A stretch of DNA of 64,000 nt, from assembly GCA_965178125.1 (NCBI GenBank), contig OZ237745.1:992001-1056000 (forward strand), in the 5' to 3' direction. The notes under the pieces were generated by a model, which saw nothing but the letters and a program-made list of their open reading frames with translations, did not search any database and had not been told where the DNA came from. Origin of the DNA: Bilabrum cf. latius. Its lineage: Eukaryota. Below, piece by piece: positions 1-12,300 of the stretch (position 1 is its first letter; every line of letters starts with the position of its first letter). A program made the translations under genes and the position numbers.

Positions 1-627
1 CACCTTCGCGAGGAATGACTTGGGGTTGGACACACCGTACTTGACGTCGCGCACGGAGCTCAGGTCTGCGCCCTGGAAGATGCCGCGGCTGTCTTGCTTG
101 GCCTGTGCGCTCAAACGTTCCAGTTCTTCGTAGTTGTAAGCTTTCCCAAATCGAGTCGCGGATTCGCCGTCGACGTGGGCCCAACCATGCTCGGCAACAA
201 GCTCGCCAACGTTGCGGTCGCCCAGGTGCACGGCCGCAAACTCGCGCTACTTCGATGCATCACGGCCTCTAGAATACTCTAACTGAAATCGTACCTTCTT
301 GCCGATGAGAAGCCTCCGCAGGAACTCGCGAGATGGCCAAGCAAAGGCCTCATCGTCAGTCTCGCTATGAAAAGCTAGGCGAGGTGCGGACAAGGAGGAT
401 AGGTTCAGCTTCTTCATTGGAGGCCGTCCACGAGTATCATCACCCATTACGATGATCGTGTCCCCAGACAAAACCTCAACAACAGTGCCGGGCTTCCCGA
501 GATCCGACGCTGCGCAACGTGCCGAAAGAATCAAGAGCATATTTCGACCCATGAAACACAGGAATGAAAGATTGAGCGAATCAACAAACAAATATACATC
601 AACTATCGGGCAGAGCCACTCACCCAT
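1..627 (-). CDS. SND1: Tudor staphylococcal nuclease (Tudor-SN/p100), 5' part; continues beyond window start
   Basis: ATG at 627-625, then a GT-AG intron (623-510). Exon 2 gives MASDLGKPGTVVEVLSGDT...LNLSSLSAPRL...DEAFAWPSREFLRRLLIGKKVRFQLEY, typical of SN domain 1. Similarity continues past the in-frame TAG at 249-247 as REFAAVHLGDRNVGELVAEHGWAHV. Confidence 0.88.
510..623 (-). other. Spliceosomal intron (114 nt) in SND1
   Basis: ATG G|GTGAGT donor and TTGCGCAG| acceptor; removal gives a normal SND1-like N-terminus. Confidence 0.75.
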
Positions 628-760
628 GGCTCAGAAGGCTGTCAGAGTGACTATTATTTCCCGAGCGGTGGCACAAAATCGGATCAGGGTGATATTTATA
701 CCGTGCACTTTTGCGAGTTGCATTTTTGAGCTGCAGCAATTCATACGGCTTTTGTCGGTG

Positions 761-1351
761 ATGGATCCTGTTGGTGGAAGTTTATCATATTATGGCGTGA
801 AATCATAGCTACATACGACAACTTCTGTGATTGGAGAAGAAGATAGAGCATCTGGTACGGTAGAACGAACTTATCGACTGCACCTCAGACCACAGCGACA
901 TGTTCGTTGGACTGGAGATGTTGTTGACAACGAGCACCTAGACAAGAAGAAGTCAAATGTATGTTGCATTTATCATCCACCGAAACGATGGGACGAGAGC
1001 AGTTCTGACAGCGACAGCTCCAGCGGAGACACTGCCCGGAGAGTATCTGCTAGGCGACGCTATCAGAGACAGCGACGATTGTCTTCGGAATCCAGCAATT
1101 CCTCATCAGATGATCGGAGAATCGTAGTTTCTCGTGCAGCGAGTGATCCGATGAACTCAAGCTCGGGCCCAACTTTGGGCGTGGCAAGCTCGGACCCTTC
1201 AACACGCGCGCAGGAGCGGTCCTCTGGCTTTGCCCAATGTGCCAGCTCGAAATCTCCAGTTGCAGAGCAATTTGGTGCATTGGTTGCAAAACCTTCTGCC
1301 GATTAGGCCGGTGTCCGTGCATCGCGGGATGGAGCCGGTGGAGGCACGTGA
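761..1351 (+). CDS. YPI1: Protein phosphatase 1 inhibitor-3 (Ypi1/PPP1R11 family)
   Basis: [27 protein letters not shown] contains the RVxW PP1-docking motif and the CCIYH motif, followed by an SSSDSDSSS tract. With TAG as sense (806, 1304) the frame runs from ATG 761 to TGA 1349-1351. The start codon is inferred. Confidence 0.85.
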
Positions 1352-2427
1352 CGTGCAGACTGTAGTAGTCTACTTGGTTGGGTTCTCTGGCTTGCTGTGC
1401 AGTATCCTTTAGTTCTTTAGTTGGACCAGGCAGGATGGACTCTGCGTAGAGTTGCTCGCAGGTGGACAGCTTAATTTGCGGTCTGACTGCGATGGGCCAC
1501 AGGTCAAGCAGTCACGAAAGGGGTAGGAACTGCATTGAATGGGACTCACGCATGAGCGCGTGAGCCAGATGGTGACGTGGATAGCATAGATATCCGTCTA
1601 GACTCATGCGATGGAATTCGCCCGTGTATCATGCTGGGGAAACTGGGAACACCAGTGGGCTCAAGACAGGCCTGCTGCCGGCGAGGTGCCCGTAATGAAT
1701 GCCGCCGGCGAGAACTAATGCATTGAAGCCAGCACACCTTGTATTCCACCGTGGCTGGACATATACAAGCTTGTGTCGCTAGGCTCCAATAAGCTCAGCA
1801 TTAGGAAGACCGCGAACGAGCGAACGAATCTTGATTTTCGGGCAATCTGTGCGCTGTGTGGAGGTGGCTTCGATGCTAGCGTCCGAGTCCGCGATTGCCC
1901 AGCAATTGCTGGAGTCCACAACCCATGCGTGCCTCCCATTCTCATGGGTGGTTGGTGCGGGTAAAAAAGATCAGGGTGGCACCGATTCCCTGTTGATTTG
2001 TGTATGCGACCCTATCTTGACATGGGCCTGTGGAGTCAGCACCCGATCGTGGCATCAAAGGGCAGGAAGAATGGATGGGCCATTGGAGCCGTCGGTTGGC
2101 ATCGACACCCAGAGGGGTACACCCTCGGGCGAATGTGGTGGCAGGGCGATGACGAGGTTGGTAAGGATGATATAAATTATGATGTTAGCGGTTGTAGGTG
2201 GTCACTGTGTACCGGTGCCCGGATCCTCTGGGCGTGGAGGGCTCTGGGCAAGTGCGTGTGACAGCTGCGGCTGGATGCCCGTGAGCTATTCAGCAAGGTC
2301 GAAGCACACTGGATAAAGGTGGTCTGTGTGGCTCTGGATGGCTGCGCGGGGTTCGTGGAGCAGGTGTGGGTGCCTACTGTAAGGAGAGGAGGAATGGGGG
2401 TGGTGAGAAGGATGATGAGGGGTTGTG

Positions 2428-2529
2428 GGAGGAGCTCGCCCTGCCCCTGTGCATGCTGACGGACGTGCTTATCGAGTGCTTGGAGCCAGACGCTATCGCG
2501 TTCCGCGCGAGCGATCGAGAGCTAGGGGC
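2428..2529 (+). repeat. Dispersed ~100-bp repeat, second copy inverted at 15920-16020
   Basis: Core gagtgcttggagccagacgct...gagcgatcgagagctaggggc is shared with the reverse complement of 15920-16020. Confidence 0.7.
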
Positions 2530-3042
2530 AATACTCACCAAACGAATGCAAGCACACATGTAGTTTAGAATATAACGAGACAAGTCGGAAGCGCATTTTT
2601 TATGTGGGTGCCCGACTGATGGATGGACTGCGTAGCGTGCAAAGCCGGGGAGAGGGCTGTGTATGCATGCGGGAATATGACAAGAGGGATGCCGCGGAGC
2701 GGTGGAGGCAGGGGATGGAGGCCAGGAGGGATGCGGGGTGCATCGTCTGGTGCGCGAGGGACGGGAGGCCCATCTGAGAGCTGGAGCGGCGGCTGGTGTG
2801 GGGGGCCTTCAACACCGGGAAGAGCCACTCCACCTCGGCACTTGAGAGCGGCTGCATTAGGACGAACCGAGCCATCTTGATTGCCGTCTGCATATTGCTG
2901 GCATTCTGCTTTAAGATTCTTCGCCCTACCTTGCCTGCTACTAGAATTGGCCCTGCTGAAGCACCACTTTTCTTTCGAGATGACGCCGCGATCACTGCCG
3001 ACACAAGCCGCCCGGCCTCCGGCCACATTCCGAACGGGTCAT

Positions 3043-3275
3043 CGTGCCCGAGCCGAATAAAAGGAAACCCTAGGCTCGGGCGGAGACCGCCCCTGCCCGA
3101 GCCCATCGTTCGGCTCGGGCGCAGGTGCTCGGCGCTCGAGCTTGACATTCCGCTCGGGCGCGATCGCTGAAATCGCGGCAAATCCAGTTTAAATATATAA
3201 TTATTCGGCTTGGGCAAAGTTGCTTTTTGCCCGAGCCAAACTTTCGGCTCGGGCAGGGGCGCTCGCCAGCGGGGG
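3043..3275 (+). mobile_element. Solo copy of the long terminal inverted repeat of the element at 37887-39646
   Basis: Colinear similarity to 39397-39646 (aaaccctaggctcgggc...gcgcgatcgctgaaatcgcggcaaa...gtttaaatata...ggctcgggcaggggcgctc...gccagcggggg). No partner TIR is seen to its left. Confidence 0.75.
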
Positions 3276-3372
3276 CCCCCCCCTTCAAGTTGGCGGCTCG
3301 GCGGGGGTCTGTCTGCCCCGCCCCCCCGCCGGAGTCTGCGGGTGTGCATTTATATTCTATCCTTGCGATATA

Positions 3373-6300
3373 ATGATGCTCAAGATCCCATGCATTGTAT
3401 TGTCTGTCATTGTGGTTCTCTATGCTGCGGATGGACTGCGGATTGGTCCCTCTGATCAAGCAGTGATAGAGCCCCACAAAGAAGAAGCCAGCGTGAGCAG
3501 AGCAGCTCTGTCCTCCAACCTGCGAAGGCGGCTCCGTGGGCAGACAGGCAAAAGCCACCATGGATCATTTGTCCAAATGGATGGAAGTCATGCAGACGGA
3601 TGCACGCTCGCCGCCCTGGAGCTGTGCGACGCCGCCGGGGGAGGTGGCTCAGTGGGGCATCAACTCCATCCCGGCCAGGTGCTACTCGCTGGGCAGGTAC
3701 TGCAGCGGTCTAGCTAGTACAAATCTGATAATATAGTTAGGGGTCCGCTGGGGATCCCACTATTTTCGTTTGGACAGTCCAACGAATTTGTCATTCGTCT
3801 CATCGTCAATTTCGAAGGACAGCTCCAGCTTCTGGAAGTGAGAGCAACCCACGATGAAACCCAGCACTAGAAAACTTTGCTATGTTGCTACATATCCGTG
3901 TATCCCCACCCTCCCTCTTGACCACCCCAGGGAAAGAAGGGGACGGCCGATTTTAGGCCGTTCTGGACTGCAGACCTCGAGCGCAGCCTCGGGAGCTTTT
4001 GTGCGCCAAGCGATGTGGGACTTGTATTTACAGAAGCTGGCGACCTTATCCTAGCCGTGGCCTTGCCGGAGGGAGGCTGCAACATCGGCAACTTTTTCGA
4101 TCAAGGAATGCATGCCAAGCTTGCGTCGTTCGTGACCCACCCCAAGGAGCGGATCCAGGCCCTGGCCACCGCTTCCAAGGAGGGCCGCCTGCAGGTCCTT
4201 TGGAGCCGCAGCTTTGCTTACTTGGGCGGGTTCGAGGGAGCAGCCCCTGAGGACCTGCAGCTGGATCTGCGCGCCGACGGGAATCTGGTGGTCAGGTCCG
4301 GAAGCCTGGGCATCGAGCCCGTGTGGGAGACGGGGACACGAGTGCCCCATGAGTGGCTGCAGCTGCTCATGGATCTGGGCGACTTCGGCGACGCGGATGC
4401 GGGGAGTTGGGCCGAGGAAGAAAAGGATATGAACGGCTGGTGGCGATACGCCCAGATGCGACGCAACTACAAGTCCGATTTCTTCTCGACCACCTACATG
4501 GTGGACCAGGTGTTCCGGTCACGAGGTACACGGTATTGCGGTGCCGGAGATGTGATGGCCTGCACGGAGGCGGAGAGCGGGGGCGGGGTGCTGCGCCCCG
4601 GCTAGTTTCTCCGAGAGGGCGGCTCCTTGGGGAACAAGCTGCTGACCATGACGGTGCATGGGAACCTCCTCCAGGGCATCTTCAACTTTGCGGGATGGGC
4701 TGGGGGCGGGCTCACGGGGGAGGACATTACGATTCCCGTGCGCAAGGGGAAGCCATACCTCAATGCGGTCGAGGGACGCGTGTCCGTGCAGGAGGACGGC
4801 AACCTCGTGCTGTACTACCGGCAGACGTCATGCGAGGCTTGGTTTGACGAGGACGAGGACAAGTTCTATAAAAGCGAAATGTCCATCCCCGGAGGGGCCT
4901 ACGACTGTCGCAAGCCAGGGGTAATCTGCAAGTGCAGGGGTGACGAGGGCAGGGACTTGCTGGGGGAGCTTGATGGAGTGGGGTGGGCCGCGCTGTGGTC
5001 GTCTGACACCAACGTGTAGGATCCATCCAAGCGGAACGGCCCCTACGCTCTCTTGCTGTCGAGCGGCGGGGACCTGGAGCTGGTGGATGGAGATGCCAGG
5101 GCCACGTGGAGGGTGAGCACCGGGAATGCAGGCCCTATCCAGTGCGCGGTGGTGGCCGCTGTCAAGCGAATGCCTGGGCTCGAGGACTGGGACGATTCAC
5201 ATGTGAATCTAGCCGTGTACCGGAAGCATCCTCAGGCAACATTCGACCCCTGCTCGAAGAATTCTGCGGCGCTTCTCGTGACGTCTGGCGACGACTCGCT
5301 GGTGTGGTCCACTCTGACCACCCCAGATGACGACAAGCCTAGGCCTGGTCCGAAGGGCCACATGTTCAGCCGCTGGAGGGCTAGGCTTGACGATCCATTC
5401 CACGCCTTCTGCTCCACTGATATGCTGGAGAACTGCAAGGAGGTGCCAGAAGGGGCAGCCGAGATGCGCCCAGGACAGGTGCTGCGTGAAGGCAAGTCAC
5501 TCGAGGTGTCCCTGGGAAGGATGACCATGCAGGCCGATGGCAACCTAGTCATCGGCCTTGGGAGAGGCAAGGCCATCTGGGAGAGCTTCACGCACGGTGG
5601 CTACTTCCACGAGGACAAACAGCGGGTCAAGGAGCGCAACAAGGGGTAGAAGGGACCCTACGCCTTCGTGATGACGTCGCTAGCCGAGCTGGCGATAGTG
5701 GACGGCAGAGGAGAGATCCTCTGGTTCGTTGACAGCCTCAAGCTGTACACGACCCAAGTCCAACCGGATTCGATTTCCCTGATGGACAGGATCTTCTCTC
5801 CTCTTGTCACGGGGCTGGGGGATACGCTTTCGAGGGGTATGTTTGCCGACTCGTTCAATCCCGAGTCGGACCTTGTGGAAGCCGGGTGCATGGAGTTCGA
5901 CAGGTGGAAGCTCGTGCTACAAGGGGACGGCAACTTGGTGCTGTTGGCAAAGGGCTTGATCCCGCTCTTCAGGACCAACACGGGAAATTGGCATGCGGAG
6001 AGCGATGAGTGGCCGAAGGCTATCCTGTCCACCACCAACTTGTATGGCGACGGCTGGACGCGCTTCGACCCACGAACCGGCGACACATTCATGCAGAAAG
6101 CCAAATTTTGGAAGCAATTAATTACTGAGCTCGTGATGGATCTTGTAATGAGCATCTTCACTGGAGGAACGTGGGCACTCGCAAAGATCGCCGCCTAGCA
6201 AGGGGCCAAGGCAGCAGTGGCGTTTGCCAAGAATGCCATCAAGGCCAGCGTCAAGGCTGCCTTTCTGGCGGGCAAGTCTCTCGTGGTCGGCGCATACAAG

Positions 6301-9300
6301 CTAGGCGCCGCGTCTATCAAAGGGCTGGCGAAGTTGGGGTTAGCCTTGCCCACGGCCATGGTCAAGTCTGCCAAGTACCTGAAGCGGGTGGGCCTCCGTG
6401 GCCTGCTGAAGGACACCAAAGATATAGGTATACGGCTGATTGCCATGGGAAAGAAGGGGGTCGTTGCGTTGAAGGGAGGGCTCAAGCAGCTTACTGTCAA
6501 GGCTGGCAAGAACACAGCAGCGTGGAAAACCTCGATCAAGGCCGCCATTGGCAGGGCTGTCAAGATGAACGCGCGCGCTTTCGGCAAAGCCGTGGGCAAG
6601 TACTTGTTGTCCGTGGTCTTCAAGCTGTTAAAGGTGACGTTTAAGGTCAAGTGGTTGATCATCAAGACGCCCTTTAAGCTCGCAAGGCACCTGACAAAGG
6701 GGACGTTCAAATGGCTCAAGTCAGTGATCATGGACATTCCTGATGTCATCAGGGGCATTAAGCTGCTGCTGCAATACGGGGGGGACCAGGCCCTCGCCAA
6801 GATCGGGGTGAAGATCGCAGGGAAGGAGGTCACGCAGGAGGCTCTATAGAGGTCCATCTCGGCGGCCGTGAAGCGGGCCGCAACCAATAGCGTCAAGCGT
6901 TCAGCCATTCGCACGGGCGCCAAGTAGTCTCTCCTAGAAGCTTTCGGTGAATTGGACGAATAGTTGGTCGAGACCTTGGAGCACTCAAGTGCGGAGGTCC
7001 TCGAGGCAGATAATGCCTTAACCAGCTCGGTGGAGAGACTGGATGCCAAGGACGGGTCCTACCACATCGATGACTTCACCGCGAGGAAGGGCTACACGGC
7101 CGCGGCTGGCTGGGATGGCGACGGCAATGATCTCCTAGATAGCCAGGACGCGGAGGACATGGAGCATGGGCCTGGCGTCGTTGATAAGGCCATGCAAAAG
7201 GTAGAGAAGGACCTCGACAAAGCCCTCATGAACATCACGGATCCGGCGGAGAGGGCCAAGTACGTCGAGCAGAAAGTGGCAGAGGCCGTGAGCAACTTCG
7301 ACACACCCGAGATGAAGCAAACATTGCCTAGACTGGCCGGCTGGGACGATCTGCGGAAGAGCATGGGCAGCGAGGGCTACCTGCAGATGCTTCGGCGAAT
7401 GCTTGACGAAAAACCGAGCGAGCTGCTCAAAGCCATTGCTGCTTTCGATGATGTGCCAGGCGAGTCGGTGATCGACGTCATAGTGGGAGTCGCCAAGGCC
7501 GCCCCGCCCAGGGATATCGAGAGGATCACACAGGAGCTGCGATCGAAGCTTGTCGCACTTGCGCTTGACAGAGTCATCAAGAATGCGGCTCTACGCCCTG
7601 GAGGGCCCCTGGAAGATTCCATCATAACCTTCCTTGGCCGTTCTGGCGTGCTGGACGGGGTTGTATCGACACTGGCCGAAGGTGGCCCAGCTGCAACGAA
7701 GCTGAATGCGGGCCTACAGCTGGAAAGCAAGATCAAGACCATCGTGGATCAGATGCTGCAGCCAGAAGCCAATCTTGAGCAGCTCAGCTCGGTTTACGTT
7801 CACCTTGATGACTCAATAGGGGTGTATCATGGCCAATCGAACGTGCTGCAAGAAGCGCGCAAAGCCTTAGCGATGGTGCTAGACCCTGCGAATCCCGACA
7901 GCCTTGTCCCTGCGTAGGCAATCGTAGATGCTGTGGCCCGCGACAAGAATGAAATGCTTGCGAGGCTACTTGACGGCAGTGACGTGGATGGAAGTCTGTA
8001 TTATCGCCTCGTGGAAGTCAAGAAAGCATAGCCTAGCCTCAATACGGGTGCCATTGGCGGCATGCTAGAGTCCCCATCGAACATGGATGCCGCATCGCTG
8101 TGGCAGCAGCTAAAGCCACGACAGTGGCACCGCAATACTGCGATTTCGGAGCTTGACGGCGGCGCTCGCATGAAGTCTGTCCTATTGGAGATGCTTGCCC
8201 GAATCGACAAGAATAAGCCACCGGTGGGACGTGCCATTCAAGAGGAGGTTCTGCTGGCGATGCACAAGGCCACCGAGACGACAAGGTCCGTGATGGATGA
8301 GCTGCTGGAGAGGGGTGCGACTACCTCGAAACAGATCAAGAAGATGATCGCTAGGGTGACGGGTATGGACAAGTCGAGCAGTGCCATGGCGGTGGGAGAG
8401 GCTCGCGCAAGGGCCGAGCTGCTGGAGGCGATGGTGGCCCCCAAGGGATTGCCTTTCTCGGACCTCCTCCGGCAGGCCGGCATCTCCACCAAACGTGCCC
8501 GCAAGAAGTGGCTGCAGGCTTGGCGCAAGACTGTCAAGGCCAGCCCACAGGTGCATCTGGACGTCATGCTAGATGCCAGCCGGCGCGGCATGTATCGTGA
8601 CGCGATGAAGGCAAACAGCTGGTTCTGGTGGCTGACAGGCAAGGGCAAGTGGGCCAAAGAGCAGCAGCAGGCACTCGCCTTCGTGAAAGTTCTACCGACG
8701 GACGAAATCCACGTCTTGATGAGACGAGTCACAGGGGGCGGACTCGGTGACCTGGAAGAGTTGGTGGGCAGGGATGCCGCTAGAGAGCTGCAGGACTTCT
8801 ACCAATCGGGCATTCCAAATAGTGCAGTCGATGGTGCCACGCAAGGCAGCAAAGATGTGAAGACGACGCTGGACGATGCTGCTCTGTACACTGGCGTGGA
8901 CCGGTACCGCGACATTGACATCATGCCACAGGCGGTCGAGAGCGAAGAACTGCGCTAGGGGATGCTGGATGGAATGAAGCCTGCCGGTCTCATCAAGAAG
9001 TCCGTCCTGCCATCACGAGATCCCATCGGCTCGAGCGCCAAGTCAAAGGCGCTTTCGGGGCTGTCGACGAGGAAGTGGGCGGGGGCATCGGATGAGGTGA
9101 TGGAGTGTCGCCGGGCTCTCCGCAAGGGTGTAGAGCAAGACTTTGTTGGCGGGTACTTTCCCACGTTCGAGGTAAGGGATGTGTATTCGTCAGGCAGACA
9201 GGGGCCGGCCGCCAGCATGAGCAAGCTTGAGGTTGCTAGCGTCCTGCAGGGCCTGCCAGAAAGTGTGAAGGAGAAGGTGGCAGGCAAGCTTGTGTCCCGT

Positions 9301-12300
9301 CGCCCCGTGCTGCCCCAGTCGGAGCTGGACTCGCTGGCCTTCCGGCAGAAGCAGATCAATCTCGTGGTGGATCGCGTGACCGCTAACCCCGAGGTTGCGG
9401 CCTCGGATCTCGTGGGGGAGTACAAGGCTCTCATTCCCGCTGACCACCCGGTGCTTCACTTGTCCAAGAGGGCCGATGGGTCGAGTGTATCGGAGAGCGT
9501 CTTTTCGGACTCTGTCTTGGAGGAGCAGATCGACAGGCTCAAGGAAGGAATCAAGGACGGGACCGTCAAGAGGGTGGACGACTCGGCCCCCAAGAACCCC
9601 GCCCTCATGACCCGCAAGGAGCTGGTGACCAAGGATGGCTCTCTCACAGCGTTGGCGTAGCAGGGTCTGGAGCACTACGACAGCATGCCTTCGTCGTTCC
9701 GCTTCAGCGACGAGTTGTGCTAGCTGGTGGGCAAGAAGGACGAGATGGAGCTGCTCACGTCTCTGGCGGATCCCGTTCAGCTGATGAGGACGAAGACGAA
9801 GCGGGACCTTGGGCTGGTGGGCCCCGATAGCATGGTCGCCGAAGGGCTTGGGTCCTAGCTGCTGCGAGACGACGATTTCATGGGGGCCATGCGATCCTCG
9901 GACCTGCTGGCTTCATACCTGAAGAAGAACCAGCTGGACGAGAAGATGACCAGGCTGGACCTTTGGACCACGAAGGCGCACGGAGGTGTGGCACCAAAGG
10001 ACGCTACCACGCTGGCCAACATGGACCGGGCCATCGACGATGCTGTGGTGGCCCACAGCCGGTCTCGCGGCGTCATGACGAAGCAGCAGGCTGAGTACGT
10101 GCTCGCCCGCCCTCAGCCACCACTTTCGGCAGAGACGGGCAAGATCGACAGTGCGGCGAAGATGGACATCAAGACCCTGGACCGGCTGTTTGACCCGAGC
10201 GACCCCCTGTGCCTGACGAACGGGCAGACCGACCGCATCCTGGGGCGCTTGGCGCAGACGAGGTGGCAGATGGTGCACGACATCAAGAATACGAAGAGCA
10301 TGCAATCATCGATGCAGGAGGCCGCGAAGCTGTTGGGGGATGCGCAGGGCAAGAAGCTGAAGAGTGTGGTAGACAAGCTGCGCGTCGAGGAGGTGCGGGG
10401 TCGCGGCAACTGCTACTTCGACAGCGTGCTGCGGCAGACGCCCGAGATCAAGGATGCCGCGAGCCTTCGCCGCAAGTTCGGGGAGAAGCTCGAGGGCATG
10501 GACGTATCGTTTACCTCGAAGGGGGGTGTTGATTTGTCGGAAGGCGATGCTGCGTCGTACATGCTCACCGCGGACAGAGAGGGCATGAATACAAGCGTGA
10601 AGGAATCCAACCATGCCATGGTGGAAGCACTGGATCGGCCGATCATCTACGTCAACAACAAGGCGGATTGGGAGATAGAAGTAGCTCCCGTGTAGCATTT
10701 CACCAACCTTGAGGTCAAGGGCAAGAAGCCCGTGGTGATCTATCTCAAGCCTGGCCACGCGATGGCCTTCGACCCGGACACAATCTCGGACGAAGCCGTA
10801 GACCAGCTGATTGCCGCGGCCGAAGACCTGAAGAAGACGTGGATCCCCCAGAAGCAGTACGAGAAGTACGAGAAGGGGAAGAAAGGCGAAGTGCTAGTGC
10901 AGATAGGCGAAGGCTCTGTGCTGCTGCAGCTGCAGCATTCCCGGCGGTCCATGAATAGATATGCCCTTCGGCATGCACGGCTGCATGGGACCTCCAGCAC
11001 GAAGCATGGTCCCGGCTCCCCAGGTGGCGTCAGTACCCGCACGTGCCCCAACATCGCAGCCGCATTCATGGATCGTGCACGATCCACAAAGGCAGCGATT
11101 GAGGCTCTGGTGACTAGCAGTGGGTCCGCAGAAGGGAAGCTGTCCCACGCAGAGAAATCCGCGCTTCGATCGAAACTCGAGGAGTTGGAGTCGGTGGACC
11201 CTGCCATTTCTGCCCTGTCATGCATCGAGACAGCCAAGGCCAATGCGAGCAAGTCGGGCCCAGCGGTTGCCGTAGATGAGCAAGGGATCATCAGGGAGTT
11301 CTTCGGCAGTGACAGCGCTCCAAGCATGGAGAGGCTTCGTGATGTGGGGAAGACGGCAAGCGTTCTCGGCCTAGCAGCTGTTCTCCCCGTCGGTGGGATG
11401 GAGCTGGCCGGGCTGGAGCACAAGGTGCTGGACCAGTATGTGGAGCTGATGGGGATGCAGGGTGTAGATATTCTCGGGTTTTCATCCGATAGCTGCGTCT
11501 AGACCATCATCTTGAGGCTGTCCAGTATTGCTTCCGTCCTGCGGCCGCAGGTGCCAGCCTACGTGGCGACGTACCGCTTCGGCGGCTCTGGAGCCTCTCT
11601 CAACGGGTCATTGTATGCAGATGTTGTGAGTGCGTCGGTCAAGGCTGGCAGGTCCGGGTGGGAGGAGCTCCAGCTGCAACGCGTAGCGCTGCTGACGTAG
11701 CTGGCAACACGCGTGGGAGCAGACGTGGGTCGCGTCACCGAGAAAATCAGCGGGTTGAAGCTGCCTGTCGCAGCAGTGATGCTGGCAGCATCTGAAGCGC
11801 GTGTGCGCGCCGAGGAGGACCGAGAGCGTGCGCTGCACCTAGTGGAAGGCATGGGCGTTGCCACGGAGGGCGCGGTGCTTGACCACGCGGAGTAGCTTGG
11901 TGTGCTGTTCGACGTGGCCGAGATTCTCGAAGCGGTCAGGGGGCTTCGAGGTGTGGGTCCCTTCCATGGGAGCGATATTGACTAGGGCCATGGATCATCA
12001 GCGCAGAATGATACCTGTAGCGGTGCTCCCGAGGTGGCAATCGCTGGGATGGGGATCAAGGACGCCAGCGAGATGTTCGAAGAGGCACTCTTTTCGGCGG
12101 ACAACAGCGAGGAGGACACTGGGTCAGACGGCAACTTGCTGGCACAGCAGGGTGGTCCGACCCCAGCTGTAGCCATTTTGCAAGGAGGGTATTCCCCGGA
12201 GACAGAAAGCAATCGAGACGTTGCTGTGGTGTAGCAGCGGCGTCGCGGTAGACAGCTGCTGAAGAGGATCGGCAAACTCCCCTCCAGCATTACCACCGCT

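Noticed and set aside
1400-3040. Protein-coding genes between Ypi1 and giant gene A
   Set aside because: Only short ORFs without recognisable motifs are present and no consistent frame emerges even with TAG read-through, although a small gene or fragment cannot be excluded.
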